A stretch of 63,842 nucleotides of DNA, filler included, from Jimgerdemannia flammicorona (Eukaryota), in assembly GCA_003990765.1 (NCBI GenBank). It is 3 parts of 3 records of this genome, joined end to end, with 100 filler letters (N's around TTAATTAATTAA, not from the genome) between each part and the next. Parts side by side here need not be neighbours in the genome. Positions count along the whole stretch, not along the records: positions 1 to 21,240 come from RBNJ01001500.1; 2 more parts are not named here. One strand, given 5' to 3'. This document shows positions 1-13,588 of this stretch, in pieces. Positions within the stretch are counted from its first letter, which is position 1, and every line of letters starts with the position of its first letter. The notes below the pieces were generated by a model. It saw nothing but the letters and a program-made list of their open reading frames with translations. It was not told the origin of the DNA and ran no database searches. A program made the translations under genes and the position numbers.

Positions 1-20
1 AAAAAAAAAAAAAAAAAAAA

Positions 21-3000
21 CATTTAGAATACCATTGTCAACTGAGCTATACCTCCTCTACTCCTTATAAATATCCATAGCCTGGCACCTCTCTACTTCA
101 TGAAAGCTTAATAGAATACTCTGAATATACTCAGTGAAGTCTACTGAATCAGATAAATCTCAAACTACTATCAGATTGGCTACCTCTTAAAAGATATAGT
201 CAAACACTATTATAATATAGATATTATCTAGATGTTCTAACATCAGAAACTCATTGCCTGTAAATATCAAAAACTCTTTTATAAGTATAGTATGTTTATT
301 TTCTATCTCTAAGTTATTACTGCTAAAATGATTGTCATCTTATCTTATAGTCAAATCAATGACATGATACAAGAACTCAACTATAAGTATATTGAGTACA
401 TTCAAACTACAGACAGAACCTTCCTACATCCTAATGACCATATTCTGAAAATACCTCAAGTGGGATATATCATGAAGGATATTTATAATATAATCTAGTT
501 TGATAACAATGAAGCAGAAGATAACAATCTCTCTAACACTAATATAATCTCTAGCCAAGAATCCCTGTCAGTCTTGATCACCCTGTTAATCTTGCTAATG
601 AACTTATAATAGTTTATAACTACCTATAAGACCTATTGAGATAATTATCACTAGTATGAGTACCAATCTACATTCACATCCAACTATTTCAACTACAATA
701 GAGAGACTGAAGAACATAATCTATATCTCCAGACAACTCTTGAGATCAAACCAACAACAACTCTACCTCCTGAGTATGAACAAAATAAGCCATAGCTATC
801 ACTATACTATAATATTACAACTCATAATGCTATTACCTATAGAAGATATACAGACAGCAAATCTGATAAAAGTAAAGATAATGTACCCCTCCTTTGCCCA
901 TCAACTCTATATCCAGTATTTGAGACAGATAATATTATCCTGTAGAATAGTGATATGGTCTCAATATATTATTATCTGAGTGAACAGAGAGAAGTAATCC
1001 AAGAGTTACTCTTTCTAGACAACTACTTCATCAGAGATGATATTATCAATGGTGATGTCATCAAAGACTACTCTGACAGTATCTAAATTTATAGATAGCT
1101 TAGTAGTTATTAATATAGTTAGATTAATCTTATATAATATGACTATATACTGACTCAGTAGTTAGATAATCTCTTAATATATCAGTTCACACTTATACTA
1201 TATAACTATATTCTGACTTAATAAGGTACTAAGTACTATATCTATATTTAGTATAATATAGATAGTCTTTCATTAGTATAAATATCTCCTCCCCCCAATC
1301 TCAGAAATATAGACTTGAACAGACTTAAATAGATCCAAATATAAGAACTTTTGAACACTTCTTTACAATATTCTTTCATACAACTACTCTTAATATAGCA
1401 AATATTATAAATAATGAATAAACCTATTTAATAACCTACAAACTACTCTTAAGTAAATCTGTACTCTATTAGGTCCCACTTCTAACTATATAAAATTTTC
1501 TAATTGAGTATTATCTACAGCAATATATCAATTCAACTAAGCTGGTCTTAGTTCTTAAACTTTCTAAAATACAGAAAATTCTGAACATCCAGAATAAGTC
1601 TGAAAAAGGACTTTGGTTGATGTATTAATCCAATCTTGAAATTAATAAGTATAGATAATGTACTCTATATGAAATTAATCCTAATCTAAAGAAAATTATC
1701 TTCCAGAATATCCAGAAAATTCTTCCAGAACTACATAATAGTACTTTTATAAGTAACTCTCTTACAACTTGATAGCAGTAGTTTACAATCCAATTCTGCT
1801 TCAAGATGCTTCCTCACTCTACTATAAATCTCTATAAGAATTTCCATAAGTTGGTATAAAGTTCAATCTCTGAACTGGAATTTATTCTGAACTATCTGAC
1901 AATCTGGAGAGAATTAAACTTAATATATAAAGACAATTTGATCTCCATACCTATAATAAGTGGGACAGACTTTATCTATAAAAGGAAGTATTCTAATTAA
2001 ATTAGCAAATAGGTGAAACTCTATATACTAAACTTCTTTCTCTATACTCCACAAGCTAAGACAAAGAAGGTCTTATATGTTGAAGCCTTCTTTACTCTTC
2101 TCAATAAGAGTTTTATTAGCTCTATAAACTTGAATAATCTAGGACAACTAGCAACCAACTTTCTAGCCTTAGTTTCTCATGAAACTCAAGCCTCTATAGC
2201 TAAGTAACTCAACTCTACTAACTATCACTATACTAGGATCAAGACTGCCTTATACTACCATTTCTAAAATTACAAGACTTACTATATTCTTAAAGAAGAA
2301 GTCAGAGAAACGAACCAGAAGTAGGCCCAGTTATAGTTCTATCTGAAACCAAAACCAATACTGAACCAAATCAAACTCTTGAATTAAGTCTATCTGAAAT
2401 CCAATATATAACTAATACTATCTACTTTGATGCTAAGTAAACTAAATTACATAGAGACCAAAGTAAAGAGAAGGAGGAGTATCTCAGTAAATTTGATCTC
2501 AGATATACTACTGAAAGAGACATACTCCTCTCTGAACAAAATACACCTATAGGACAATAGATAGTTATCTATTAAGCTCTTACTCCAAATCTATAATATG
2601 TAGTTACTCCAGCAACTTATATAGACTCAAAGAACACTATTATACTCTGCACTAGTATCTTAAGTTATATCAGTAACTCCACTATCAGTAGTTCAACTGC
2701 CTCTAGTAAACAATATAGTAAACTAATAGATTTTAGACCTCATAGCTCAGGTAGTCATAATAGTAGCAACTATTACTGCCTTAGCTAAACAGATCTGATT
2801 AACAAAAAGTCTGAATCTACCTACCTTCAATGGTACTGTACAAGAAGTCCAAAGCTTCATTAGTATAGTTGATACTAATTTCAAAGCCAACCAATAGACC
2901 AATGAGCAAATTGCTGACCACCTTCTAACAAACAATTAAGACTATACTCTGGAACAACTCTTTGCTATCACTATGGCTTATATCTGTCAAGTTGTTATAT

Positions 3001-4849
3001 TCTTCCAAGGATCTGCTGAAGAATAGTAGTGAATCTTTCTTAAAAACCCCCTTATATGAGATACCCAACTTGCAGTCATTGCTCAGAATATAGCAAATAA
3101 TACTCCTGGATATAAAGACTATTCTGTGGCCCCTGGACTCAAATAACTTATGATTGCTCAATATTGTAGCAAAACTCTGATTGTCAAATCTTGAGTAAAA
3201 CTCCACAATCTCAAATTTGATATATAGTAAGGAGGAATTTGAAACCTTCTGTACAAAACTCAAGTCACTTCTGAACACTGTTGGCCTAGGATATATTGTC
3301 AATGATGAAGTATGAAATGGTATAAGAGCAGACTATTTATTTGATACACTATCCAAATGACTTATAAAAAAAATTCAAGAAGAATGCCTAGTTGGTTACA
3401 ATCACCAACAATAGTACCTAGTAAGAATCAAGACTATGGTTAAGTAAGTCCTAACTACTGAATCAATTCTGTCTCAAAGATAATTCAATAATAAGACAAA
3501 AACTTAGACTAAGAAAGAAGAACCCAAGCATGAAGCATTCTGAGCTCCCTCTATATCTACTTTATAGATACTCTGAAATTCTGAACTCACCCAGTCTAGT
3601 ACCTTCAAGAAACTCACTGAAGGAGAAAGAAATGAACTTCAAAGAAGCAGAGTATGCTTCTATTGCTGAAAGACAGGATACATAGCTAGTGCCTGCCCCA
3701 ACTAAAAACCCTGAACAATAATATGAGCAACTGTCACCACTCTGTATTATCTCAACAATCTGACTATCAAAATACTAAACTTTGTCAAGTTAAGGTCTAC
3801 TGCTAAGGCCCCAATCAAAGGAAGTCAAAAAGCAGCTGAATATAACCTATATATAGCTGAAAAAACTATAGTTTCTAATTAAAAAGTTAAGCAAGTCTAT
3901 ATAGGGATTAGTATTCAAATTCCAGAAAGATATATTAAAACAATATGCTATTATAGTAGTCTAGTATTAAAAGGACTCTCAGTAGAAGGAGGAGTCATTA
4001 ACAAAGATTATATAAGTAAAATTATTGTCCTTATCTGAAACTATAGTTGGATACCCTTCAAGATCCCTATTGGTTTTTGTATCACCAATCCTATTTAAGA
4101 AAATTGGATCAACTCTGATAGTCAAAGAGGTCCCTAAACTACTGCCTACTATCTGAGGATCTATAGGATTTGGCTCATCAACCAAGACTCCAACTCAATC
4201 TATCATAAATAAGAAAGAATAATTTTACAAGAAAATTGAAGATGGATTTGTACCAAGTGGCCAATGCCCCCATGGTATTAAAATGTACTCTTCTCAAATA
4301 ATTGATGATTGCTTCTCTTGTATCAATGAACTAACCCAAAGAGAACTAATAGAAGAAAAGCTCCTATAATTAAAATTACTGCCATTAGGTCAGACAAACT
4401 ACTTATACTCTAAGCTTTTATCAATAGAGCACCTGTTAAGATTATGATAAACAGTGGTGCCTCAGATAACTTTATCAATAACAAAATAGCCAACAGACTC
4501 AAGGTCCTGATCTCTCTAATATAATAAACTCAAGTAGTTGCTATAGCTAATGGAACCTCACATATTATTAGTAAGAAAGTCTGTAACTTACTCTTCTATA
4601 TTGGTGACTACTAAGTATATATTATACTCCAGATCATACTACTTTCTGATAACAAAATCATTCTTAGGACCCTATGGTTAAAATAAGAAAACCTTATGAT
4701 TGATTGAGTAAACTATTCTCTGACTATTAAGAAAGGACACTATAACTTCAAACTATAAGGTAAAAAGGACCTACTCAGTTCTAGTAACTCTGGTCCAAAG
4801 ATCACCTATATCAACAAGCTACAACTCAAGAAACTAGCTAAGAAATGCT

Positions 4850-4852
<3 letters not shown>
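21..4852 (+). mobile_element. Truncated, heavily mutated Ty3/gypsy copy of the same family as 54059-63569 (LTR, PBS, gag, CCHC, dUTPase, protease)
   Basis: From ~1030 it is collinear with the reverse complement of the full-length copy. LTR ends CTTACA at 1766, followed by a decayed PBS (tgatagcagta). Knuckle CFYC*KTGYIASACP ~3655-3700, dUTPase relic ~3775-4180 (ends GSIGFGSS), protease IMINSGASDNFI ~4441-4476. Cut at 4853 by a LINE poly(T). Membership of 21-1030 is less certain. Confidence 0.85.
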
Positions 4853-4888
<36 letters not shown>

Positions 4889-7800
4889 GTCACTTGGACT
4901 TTCTTTCTTTATTATACCCATCTATTCCATATAAATACAGTGATCCCACCCTCTATCTGATCCCCCTAGGGGGCCCCCCCCCACTTTGTCTAACACAATC
5001 TCCATCCTCTCATCACTCTGCTCACAGATCCTTGCTATCAAACTGCAATATCGCCCCCCCTAAGGACCCCAACCCACCCACCATCCAGTCAGCAGATCCC
5101 CCAATAGCTCCTCTCACCTTAATACCTTCTCCTGCAGCCCCATCTGCTGCCCTCCTTAAATACAAAAAGCCAATATCCCACTAGTCCCACCCACACTGCT
5201 AACACCTACCCTACAGTGAGCCAACTATCACCCACCCTACTCACTAGCCAAGATCTCAAGTCCTCTCAGCAGCCCCCCTCCCCATTGCCAACACCTTCCA
5301 CTAGTCTAGCTTTCAAATCCTCTCAATGATCTCACTTACCATCTGGCCTCCTTACTACACCCAACCTGTTCTCTATAGCTATCCAAAAGTTCCCCAATAT
5401 CTTGTACTCTCCCAGCCAATATTCTGGCATCTGTACAAAACCCCTAGCTTGCTCTACATTATAACACTCCTCACAATCCAATCAGCCACCATCCACCAGA
5501 TGTCCAGTATAGAAATTCAACATAACATTCCTTCACAGTATTTGCCACCATACTACCCAGAACTTAGGAGAAAGCCACTGCCACACCTCAGCACTCTAGG
5601 CCCAGATTCCTGCCCAGTCTCACTCCTCACCAATCCCCACTGCCTGCCAACTACTTGGCCAAAGATTCTGGCCAAGTCTCTGCTGACACTCCACTCTATT
5701 ACCAATATCAAACTCAGCAAGTATAACTCCCCATCTTGTCAATCTCTGGGAGGTCCACCTTACTCACTTCTTCCTCTAAGTACTCCATATTCTTCCTATC
5801 TCCTCTCAGTATCATTATATCTCAGATTTCAATCTTATCTAATGATTCCTAATTCCCAGCCTCTCTGCTCTCCAACTAAGAATCCTGGAGCTAATATCTA
5901 TCACTCATACCTTCTATAGAGATGTCTCTCTTAGCAAAGAGATATTTAGGCACCAATGTCCAGACCCCTCCCCACTTCCCCCAAAACACCCCCCTCCTAG
6001 AAGATCCCAGTAATCTGACCACAGATATTAAATAGTTTTCAAAGTCCTCTAGATATCAACTTCTCAGCAATTAGCAGTTAATATCTAGTCAATCCTCAAG
6101 CCCAGCCCCAATATCCAGTAGATAAAAACTCCATAATCCCCCTATCCAAGCCTCCCAGCATCTACTAAAGAGCTCAGATATTCGACTTTCTCACAGGCTT
6201 CTATACTATCACTCTTATCTGCCATCTCTCTTTCTCTATCAGTTCTGTCTAGCTTTCCATCATATATTATATTAAAGTCCCCCCCTAGACAATCAATTTC
6301 TACCTCTACCAATACTCTAGACTCTCATAGCTCTTGAATCTATTTCACTCTCTCTCTCTTTCTGCTGGACAATAATATAACCCAACTGTCAAGGCCTCTA
6401 TCCTGGTCTCTTTCAAACTCCCCACACTACCCTACTCCTCTAATATCTAATATCTCCAATGTCTTCCTTATCCTTCCTAACCAAAATACCCACATGTTTT
6501 TACCAAATAGCCATACCACTTCATTCCCTTATCTAGTCTAGAATATCTAAGTCTCTACTATACTCAATATCCTACAGTAGGAATAAATCAGCTTCTATCC
6601 CCTTCAGCTATCTAAAGATATTTCAATATCTTACTACTTCTTATAGCCTATTGATATTCAAAGATAGATTTTAGTTATACTATTCATATTGAATAATATT
6701 ATTTAAAGAACAGCTTTCCACTCTACAATTTCATACTTACTATATTACTAGAAATATCTAGATTTCTCTCTACTTTTAGTTCATCTATCTCTTTCTACTG
6801 AGCCTCTAATACCTTTAAGATCTCCTGACAATCCACACTATCCACAGCCTCTATCTCCATTTGGTACTTCTTACATACTACCTGCTACTTTGCTAGCCCT
6901 TTTCTTAGGTCCTATATATATACAGTCCTGTTATTTACAATTGCCAGAAGTACTGTCTCTCTGTCATCATCTATCTAATATATCTTAGTCTCCAGCAATA
7001 TCACCATTATCTTATTCTAAAGTTTTCATAGTATCTCCTCACTATGCAGAATTTCATTCCAGTATCTCTTGCTCAGTACCCAGAAGTTCTCTCCCCCCAG
7101 CTCCTTAGCTATCATATTCTCAAGTATTTTCTATAGTCATTTCTCTTTGATCTTGGCCTCTATCACTCTCTGGACTATCTTCTTCCCCCTTTCCACCTAC
7201 CTACTCTCTACATTCCTCCTTGCTAACTCATTCCAATTCTCCTTTAGTATATCTTACAATTTGTCATCTTCTCTAGTCCCACCTAGTACTCTATACTGAG
7301 AGCACTCTCTCTCTACTATCTCTGTATCCTTTACAATAATACTTAGCTCTACACCTTTCCCTCTTCTTGGTATCTTCTCTGATGCCACTTTCTTCTCTCT
7401 TACCCAGACACTTGCTCTCAATTCAGCTTCTTCAGTAATAGTCCTCCTAGCTGCCTTCTCTCTCAACTTAGTCAATAGATCCTTTTGAATATACCTCTCC
7501 TACATCCTCTTCTAGACTGTCCAATCCAGCTGCACCTTATTGCTATTTATAATCTCTATAATTATTTTGATCTCAAACTCCTTTTAGGTCAATTTTCTCC
7601 TCTCCACAGCTTCAGCTAGATCTTTTAATATCTTTAGCAAGTTCTCTTCTTCCTCTAGTATCTTTTTTACTCTTAAGACCTTGTACTCCACAGATCTCCA
7701 TTTGAGAACTACCAGTCAGTCTCTCACCTTCTCTATATTCTTCTTACTCTCCAGCTATATTCTGATGTTTATATTTTCTATTCTAAATTCTATATCTTCC

Positions 7801-9887
7801 TAGACCCAAAACTCAATATCTATAATATTCTCATACTTCTTGATGATCTATACAATCAACCTCCTGGCTATTTCCTTTAATACTATAGAAATATCTAGTA
7901 CTATCAGCTGCACCACTTAGAGATCCCAACATAAGCATCAGGCTATAGAGATTGCCACCTCCCCTACTACTACTCTTTTCTCTATTGCTTCTAATAGTAT
8001 ATATATCTTCCTTCTCAAAGTCTATCTCTACTCCTTCCAGATCTTTCAAAAACTTCATCAATACTGCTCCCTTCACTTTCTGAGCCAGAAGATCTAGAAT
8101 CATCCTTATTATTACTGCCAAGCCTCAGAAATATAGCATGATGACAAATTCTGATTTTGATTTTTTGAGTAATAGTGTCACCACCAGACCCATCACACTA
8201 TTTGCTAGATCTCCAGGCCTTATACCCACCCCCTGTCCAGATCCACTATCAACTATTACATCTGGATTTTTTTCCAGATTAGCAGACTCCTTACTATCAG
8301 TAGTCCTGCTCTTTCTAGCTACTACTTCTCCAGTCCTACTACTCTCATTACTATAGACTGCTCTACCAGACCCTATAGCTCTCACTGTCTTCTTGCTCTT
8401 CCTCAGCCAGCCCTCTAGTCTAGTCATCAGATGACCCCTCTTCTCTCAGTCTCCTATTCTCTAGTACTATCTCTTCTTCTTTTATATTCTCTAGCCAGTA
8501 AGCCCTATATACTTCTCTCCAAGCTGTAACTTTTTTTCACATATTGCCAGTTGAATACACTAGGGCCACCCTGCCCAGCATACACCTCAGACTCATTGGT
8601 TGCCTTGTTGCTAGTGCCTATTCTCCAAAAATGATGTCTTGAGTATTGCCAGAAGTTTTTTTTTTTTTTGTTTTATAGACTCATGTCCCACAGATTTTTA
8701 TTGGAAGGGAACCTAGACTATATAGGCCAAAACCCTCCCCCACTACCCACTAAGCACTGCCCCCCCATTAACCTAGGCTAGCTATTGTTCAGCAGCTCGA
8801 CTATGCCAGACACAGCAGGACTGATAAGCCCACACCTCATTCTGCACACCATGTTCTCCCTACCACCAGGGGAAACCCAACTATATACCAATGACTGAAA
8901 GTGCATGCCTGAGAACCCAATATATGTATAAGGCCATACCCGAGCTAAATAGAATAGCCTCTGCCACCCCAAAGAGAATGACAGGCAAATAAAAAACCCT
9001 CATCAAAGTACAACATGGTGGGTAGGGCCTGGTTCTCCCAGTTGAGATGAGTAAAGGACTTACACGTGAGGTGGGAGGAAAACCCCAATACCCCACTACT
9101 CAAGCCTGCAGGCCTCAATCATGTTGCCATATCAGCTTCCGGTTCCAGTTGAGTGCAGCCAAGACGCCTGAAATGGATAGCCTCAGGCCTCCTGACCCCC
9201 CCTGATGACTGGGGCCCAACCCTGCTGACCATCAAAAGAAGCCGATAGTGATACCTACCACCTAACCACACCGCACCAATCAAAAGGCCCCACCAAAGCA
9301 GTACCTGCCCCAGCCCCAACAACTGCCCCCAGCCTGGCACCCTACTGGTTCACCGTAATTGCCCTTCTGCCTATCTGTGATGGCCATCTCCCCTCCCATC
9401 CCAACAACACCCAAAAAGCAGTCACCTATACCAGAACCGTGCTTGCCGGGAAGCTCGCCAAAGCCAGAGAGCCCCACTATAGGTACTGAGGACCTGCAGG
9501 TAACCTACACTGAGCACTTGATACCCAAGGTCGGCTGACTCCCTATGTAGCCCGAGATACACCGAGATAACTCCTTGTTGGCAACGGCAAAAGGAAGAAG
9601 GCACCACACCAAAACGGGTACACCCCAGATGCAGCTGAAGGCACCAGAATCCACAAAAAAGTAGAGGAAGCACCAATCCGATACCAATAAAGGGGCAACT
9701 CATCACCATTGCCCTCCTCCCACCATACCCCTGCAGGCACAGCAAACCAACCCAAGGTAGAGGGGGTAATATTAGGGGAAAGGGGACTCGGAAGGTCACC
9801 TACCAAACCTTGTGACCAGTAAGGTAGTGGAGAAAGGAGCTGGTATTGCCAGAAATTTGTATAACCTGAATATTACCAGAGAAAGGT
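4853..9887 (-). mobile_element. Degenerate L1/Tx1-like LINE (copy 1), RT region deleted, interrupted by an insertion at 8656-9842
   Basis: Poly(T) 4853-4886 followed by ATAGTCACTTGGACT, the same 3' end as the other LINEs. ORF2 C-terminus joins the endonuclease end (GGSGEGSGHWCLN ~5945-5985) with no RT between. ORF1 shares NLEKNPDV/DLANSVMGLVV with the other copies. 5' UTR resumes at 9843-9887. Confidence 0.85.
8656..9842 (-). mobile_element. ~1.2-kb non-autonomous poly(A) retroelement, copy A
   Basis: Poly(T) at the left end. TSD GTATTGCCAGAA at 8643-8654 and 9843-9854. Homologous to 35361-36562, 36963-38732 and 41378-42545. Confidence 0.85.
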
Positions 9888-11049
9888 CTGACACAGAGTA
9901 CTATATAAATGTTAGAGGGGTGTCTTTGTTATTATTATCTGCTTTCACTAGTGGGGCTCATAACCTTTTGTTGTGGAATATTTGGGGAAGAGTGGAGAGA
10001 AGAAGCAGCGATTGTTTATTGATAGTTTACGCGCTTTTACGCGTATTGATGACGTTTACATGATTGAGTCGGTTGGCTGCGCCACCACATCGAGTAAGAT
10101 ATTTCGATATTTCAACATTTATCTCTTGTACAATCTACATAGATACGTATATGTAGAGAAAAAAAAATTATGGAGGTTCCATAAATATCATATCAGGATA
10201 ATCCGACAACACAGAATATCGATCGCTACTAACCGACGCCCGATCCGAATATGGCGCTGAGATGAGAATGTATATAGTGTAATCAGCAAAAAGCACGCTC
10301 GCTTTTCCGAAATTCCATCTCTTTGAATGACTGTACAATAAAACCGCACAATCCACGTACCTGGGAGTTGCTCCTTCAGAATATCAAGAGGTTTGCACTC
10401 CCTTTCATGAAATTCTGTCCGTTCTTTGTAAAGTCGATCTTTCTCCTTTTCGTCAGCCGTCGATTCGATCTTCTTTGCCAACAAGTGAATTTCGACTTCA
10501 ACATTCTTAATTCTAGCTTCCCAGGTGTCATGGGCAATAGCTTTCAAACAATTAAAAACACAATTTATAATATGATCGCCAATGACATGGCTGTATATTG
10601 CGCCCGAGACAATAATTATCCAGATAGAAAAAATCCCATACCTTCCGTAGATGCCTTTTGACCACCTGTATCCAAAAAGGGACGTTTGAAGTTTTGCAGA
10701 AATGTTCATGAATGTTGGTATGGACGACGAAACCTTGAAAACCCTCGAGGACAGTTACCCTCGACGACAGTTACTCGGAGTAACATATCTGATGATAGTT
10801 ACCTTTCAATCGAGCAATCTCGTTCATAATTTTCTTCACAGGTCCACCTCGTAAGTTATACGGAGGTCCTAAAAGGTCATTTTCGGTGAGCATAACGAGA
10901 GCGGCTCCGTCTGTTTCCTGATAACGCAAGATGGCAACATGGTCGGGTTTCAATTGGAGAGCAGGGTGTCTAAAGTGTTCAGAGACCCTGTGTTCATCCC
11001 AGGAGGCGATTTCGTCAAGCTCGGGGGTTGGAAGTTCTTTGGAGGACAT
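9888..11049 (-). pseudogene. SAM-domain-headed (Crinkler-type header-like) multi-exon gene, 3' end apparently cut by the LINE
   Basis: Exon 1 (11049-~10803) encodes WDEHRVSEHF...LRYQETDGAALVMLTENDLLGPPYNLRGGPVKKIMNEIARLK, a SAM pattern, ending at a GTAACT donor. A charged, helical-looking exon follows at ~10542-10361 (AIAHDTWEARIKNVEVEI...KEQLP, GTACGT donor). Downstream exons are uncertain and run into the LINE 5' end. Confidence 0.6.
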
Positions 11050-11824
11050 GGGTGAAGGAGGTAGAGGTGTAGACCGATTGTCCGAAAAATTGGAGTACCT
11101 TAATCAAAGGAGACAATAGCCCCCTTTCAGGTTACGAACAAAGCTTTTGGATGTCTTTGTTATCTCGCAAAATTGCGGCACGTTCGGGATTGAACGGATA
11201 TTTGATGGACCTCGGGCAATTTTCCGTACTACTATGGCACCGGGTGTAATCTATTATTCAAGTGGCGATATATCCCTGTGCACGATACTACCTCATAAGA
11301 AAACAGTAACATAAATAAGGATTTTGGCCGACTGAATGATGTCTGTCCAACAAACCAGCTCGAACCTACTACCGTGGTTCTCGCGATTTCGGCTTCCAAA
11401 AGATCGAGAAAGTTTTTTTGCGCAGGGCTGAGTCTAGAGACGAATGGGCTGGCGGTTAAGTAGACAGACAAGCAACCTTTGTAAAAGGTACAAATATTAC
11501 AAGGATCTACCCCTCGAAAGTCAAGACCCCAAATCTTGAAAGAAGGTGGCACACCTCACGCAAATGACTCGTTTGAAAACCGAGTCACATTTTCGGGCGA
11601 ACGGATGATTTCATGACTTGTAAAGATATTATCAAAACGTAATATAGGGAACGTGAAGAGCAAAGGCACCATGAACCTCCTACACATTCACAGGATTCAC
11701 TCGATATCTATAAAACACACGATTGTTTTTTCTACTGTCCATTAACCTCCCTCACCCTTACGTCCACTCATTTCGCTCCAAACCCTTTCAACGGGACCTC
11801 TCGATCTTTTCCGACATTCTCCAC

Positions 11825-13588
11825 TTAATGCCTAAGCTCCGGCTCATTGACTTTGATCTCATCTGCCTTGGCCTTCTCTGATTCGTTGGCCTGCTCCGAT
11901 GTACCACCAGTCACAGGGAGTTCGATGATGGTGTGCTCGGAGTGCGATAGTCCGTGACCATTGCCCTTGGCCTTGCTGGCGAAGTTGACATCATCGACGT
12001 AGAGTTGGCGCACCAGATTTACGTTTTGCTTCTTGAGTTCAACAGCCGAGAATTCCGAGCTATGGAAAGGCTTATTGAGCTTGCTAAAGATCCAAGTTTC
12101 CACATTGCCAGGACTCGTCGTCGAGGTGAGGACCTCAAGTTCGTTGCGAATGACGCTAAGGAGAATGAAGAGTGAGAGTGAGAGGATTTGTAAATTTAGT
12201 GATGGAGCGTTGATATAGAGGAGGAAGAAAAATTCAATGAAGATGCAGGAGTGAAAGACTTACTCGCAGAGATCGTCCAAAGGCTATGTGATGAGATACG
12301 AAGGATTTCAAAGCGTCACTTCGTTAGCATGACTTGACCAACGATATTAGCCTCACAACAACATAGTAAATATCTTCCCAACTCCCCCATAAAAAAAAAA
12401 ACAAAAACTATAAAATTCAATAAAACAGTCGACACTCACCATGTCATTGGGGTCGTAACCGAACGGATTCTCAATCTCCTTTCCGATGGCCTCAAAACCA
12501 AGCAGGGTGAACGCGGCGATGGCGACGACAACGAGAGTAATCCAGTGGAACGTGCTGACGAGCTGGAAGGGCAGGGCGATGAGGTAGATCCAGACGGTGT
12601 GTGCCAGCTGGATGGAATAGGCAGCCGGCATGGGTGTACGGAGGATGCGCTCGAACGTGGTGAGACACTCAACCATGGAGTTGATAGCATTCATCATACC
12701 GTTGGTGGTGGGAACGTCGATACGAGTTGCCTTTGTCTGGTGGTTGATCCACGCGGAGATGAGGAATGTGATCTGGAGCGGGATGTTGTCAGGGGTGGCT
12801 TGGTTATTATCCTCAAGAGCGGTAGCGATTTTGGGAACTAAGCGCACATTATCTGGGTGCGACATGTGGAAAAACGGGAGGTTGCGGCGGCGAAGGGCCG
12901 GCGCGCTATCCACTTGCACGAGCTCAGTATTAATATGGGAAGGGAAGTCACCGAGGAGATACTTGAGGTCCTTGTGCTCGGTACCAAACTCATAGCGGAG
13001 GTAGTGTTTGGTGGCGATTGCGTAGGCGAGGAGGAGGTTGATAATGGTCTTCTTCTCGATTAGATCCGCGACCTTGGGGTCCTCTTTGGAGTGAATCCAA
13101 GCAAGGCGGGCGAGGTTACGTATCGCCACCGTCATTGTGCCCCACACGCGACGGGCCTCGATGAAGCGCTCGTACGCCGTATTGGTACGGAAGGCCTAGG
13201 CGGGGCGGGGAGGAAGAGGAAAGGCTGTGACGTTAGATGAAGATGCACGAGAATCGATAGGATAGAATCGAAGAGAAGACGCCAATGTGAAGGGAAAGAT
13301 GCTAGGAGGGATAAACCTCCCCCCCGCGTTAACATTCTCAACGTCAACGCAACTCACCAGAATCAGCGAAGCGACAAAGCTTAGGATAGTGATGATCTGC
13401 GCTGGGATAGCCAAGTTGATATGGAGGACCTCATACAGGGCGGTGATGAGGACGGACCAGGCGACGGAAAACATCACGCCGATAAAAATATCATCGACGA
13501 TTGAACCATGCAATGTGAAGAGGGCGTAACGTTGCTCCTTATAAGGGTTATACATCTTTTGAGATGACATGGTGGATGGTGATGCCAA
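11825..13588 (-). CDS. Bestrophin / UPF0187 (YneE-like) anion-channel family protein, ~445 aa
   Basis: Exons 13588-13358, 13195-12440, 12283-12264 and 12155-11825, all GT-AG and in frame (1338 nt). Family motifs FRTNTAYERFIEARRVWG, FERILRTPMPAAY and GKEIENPFGYDPNDMPLDDLC. The start could be a downstream Met. Confidence 0.92.
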
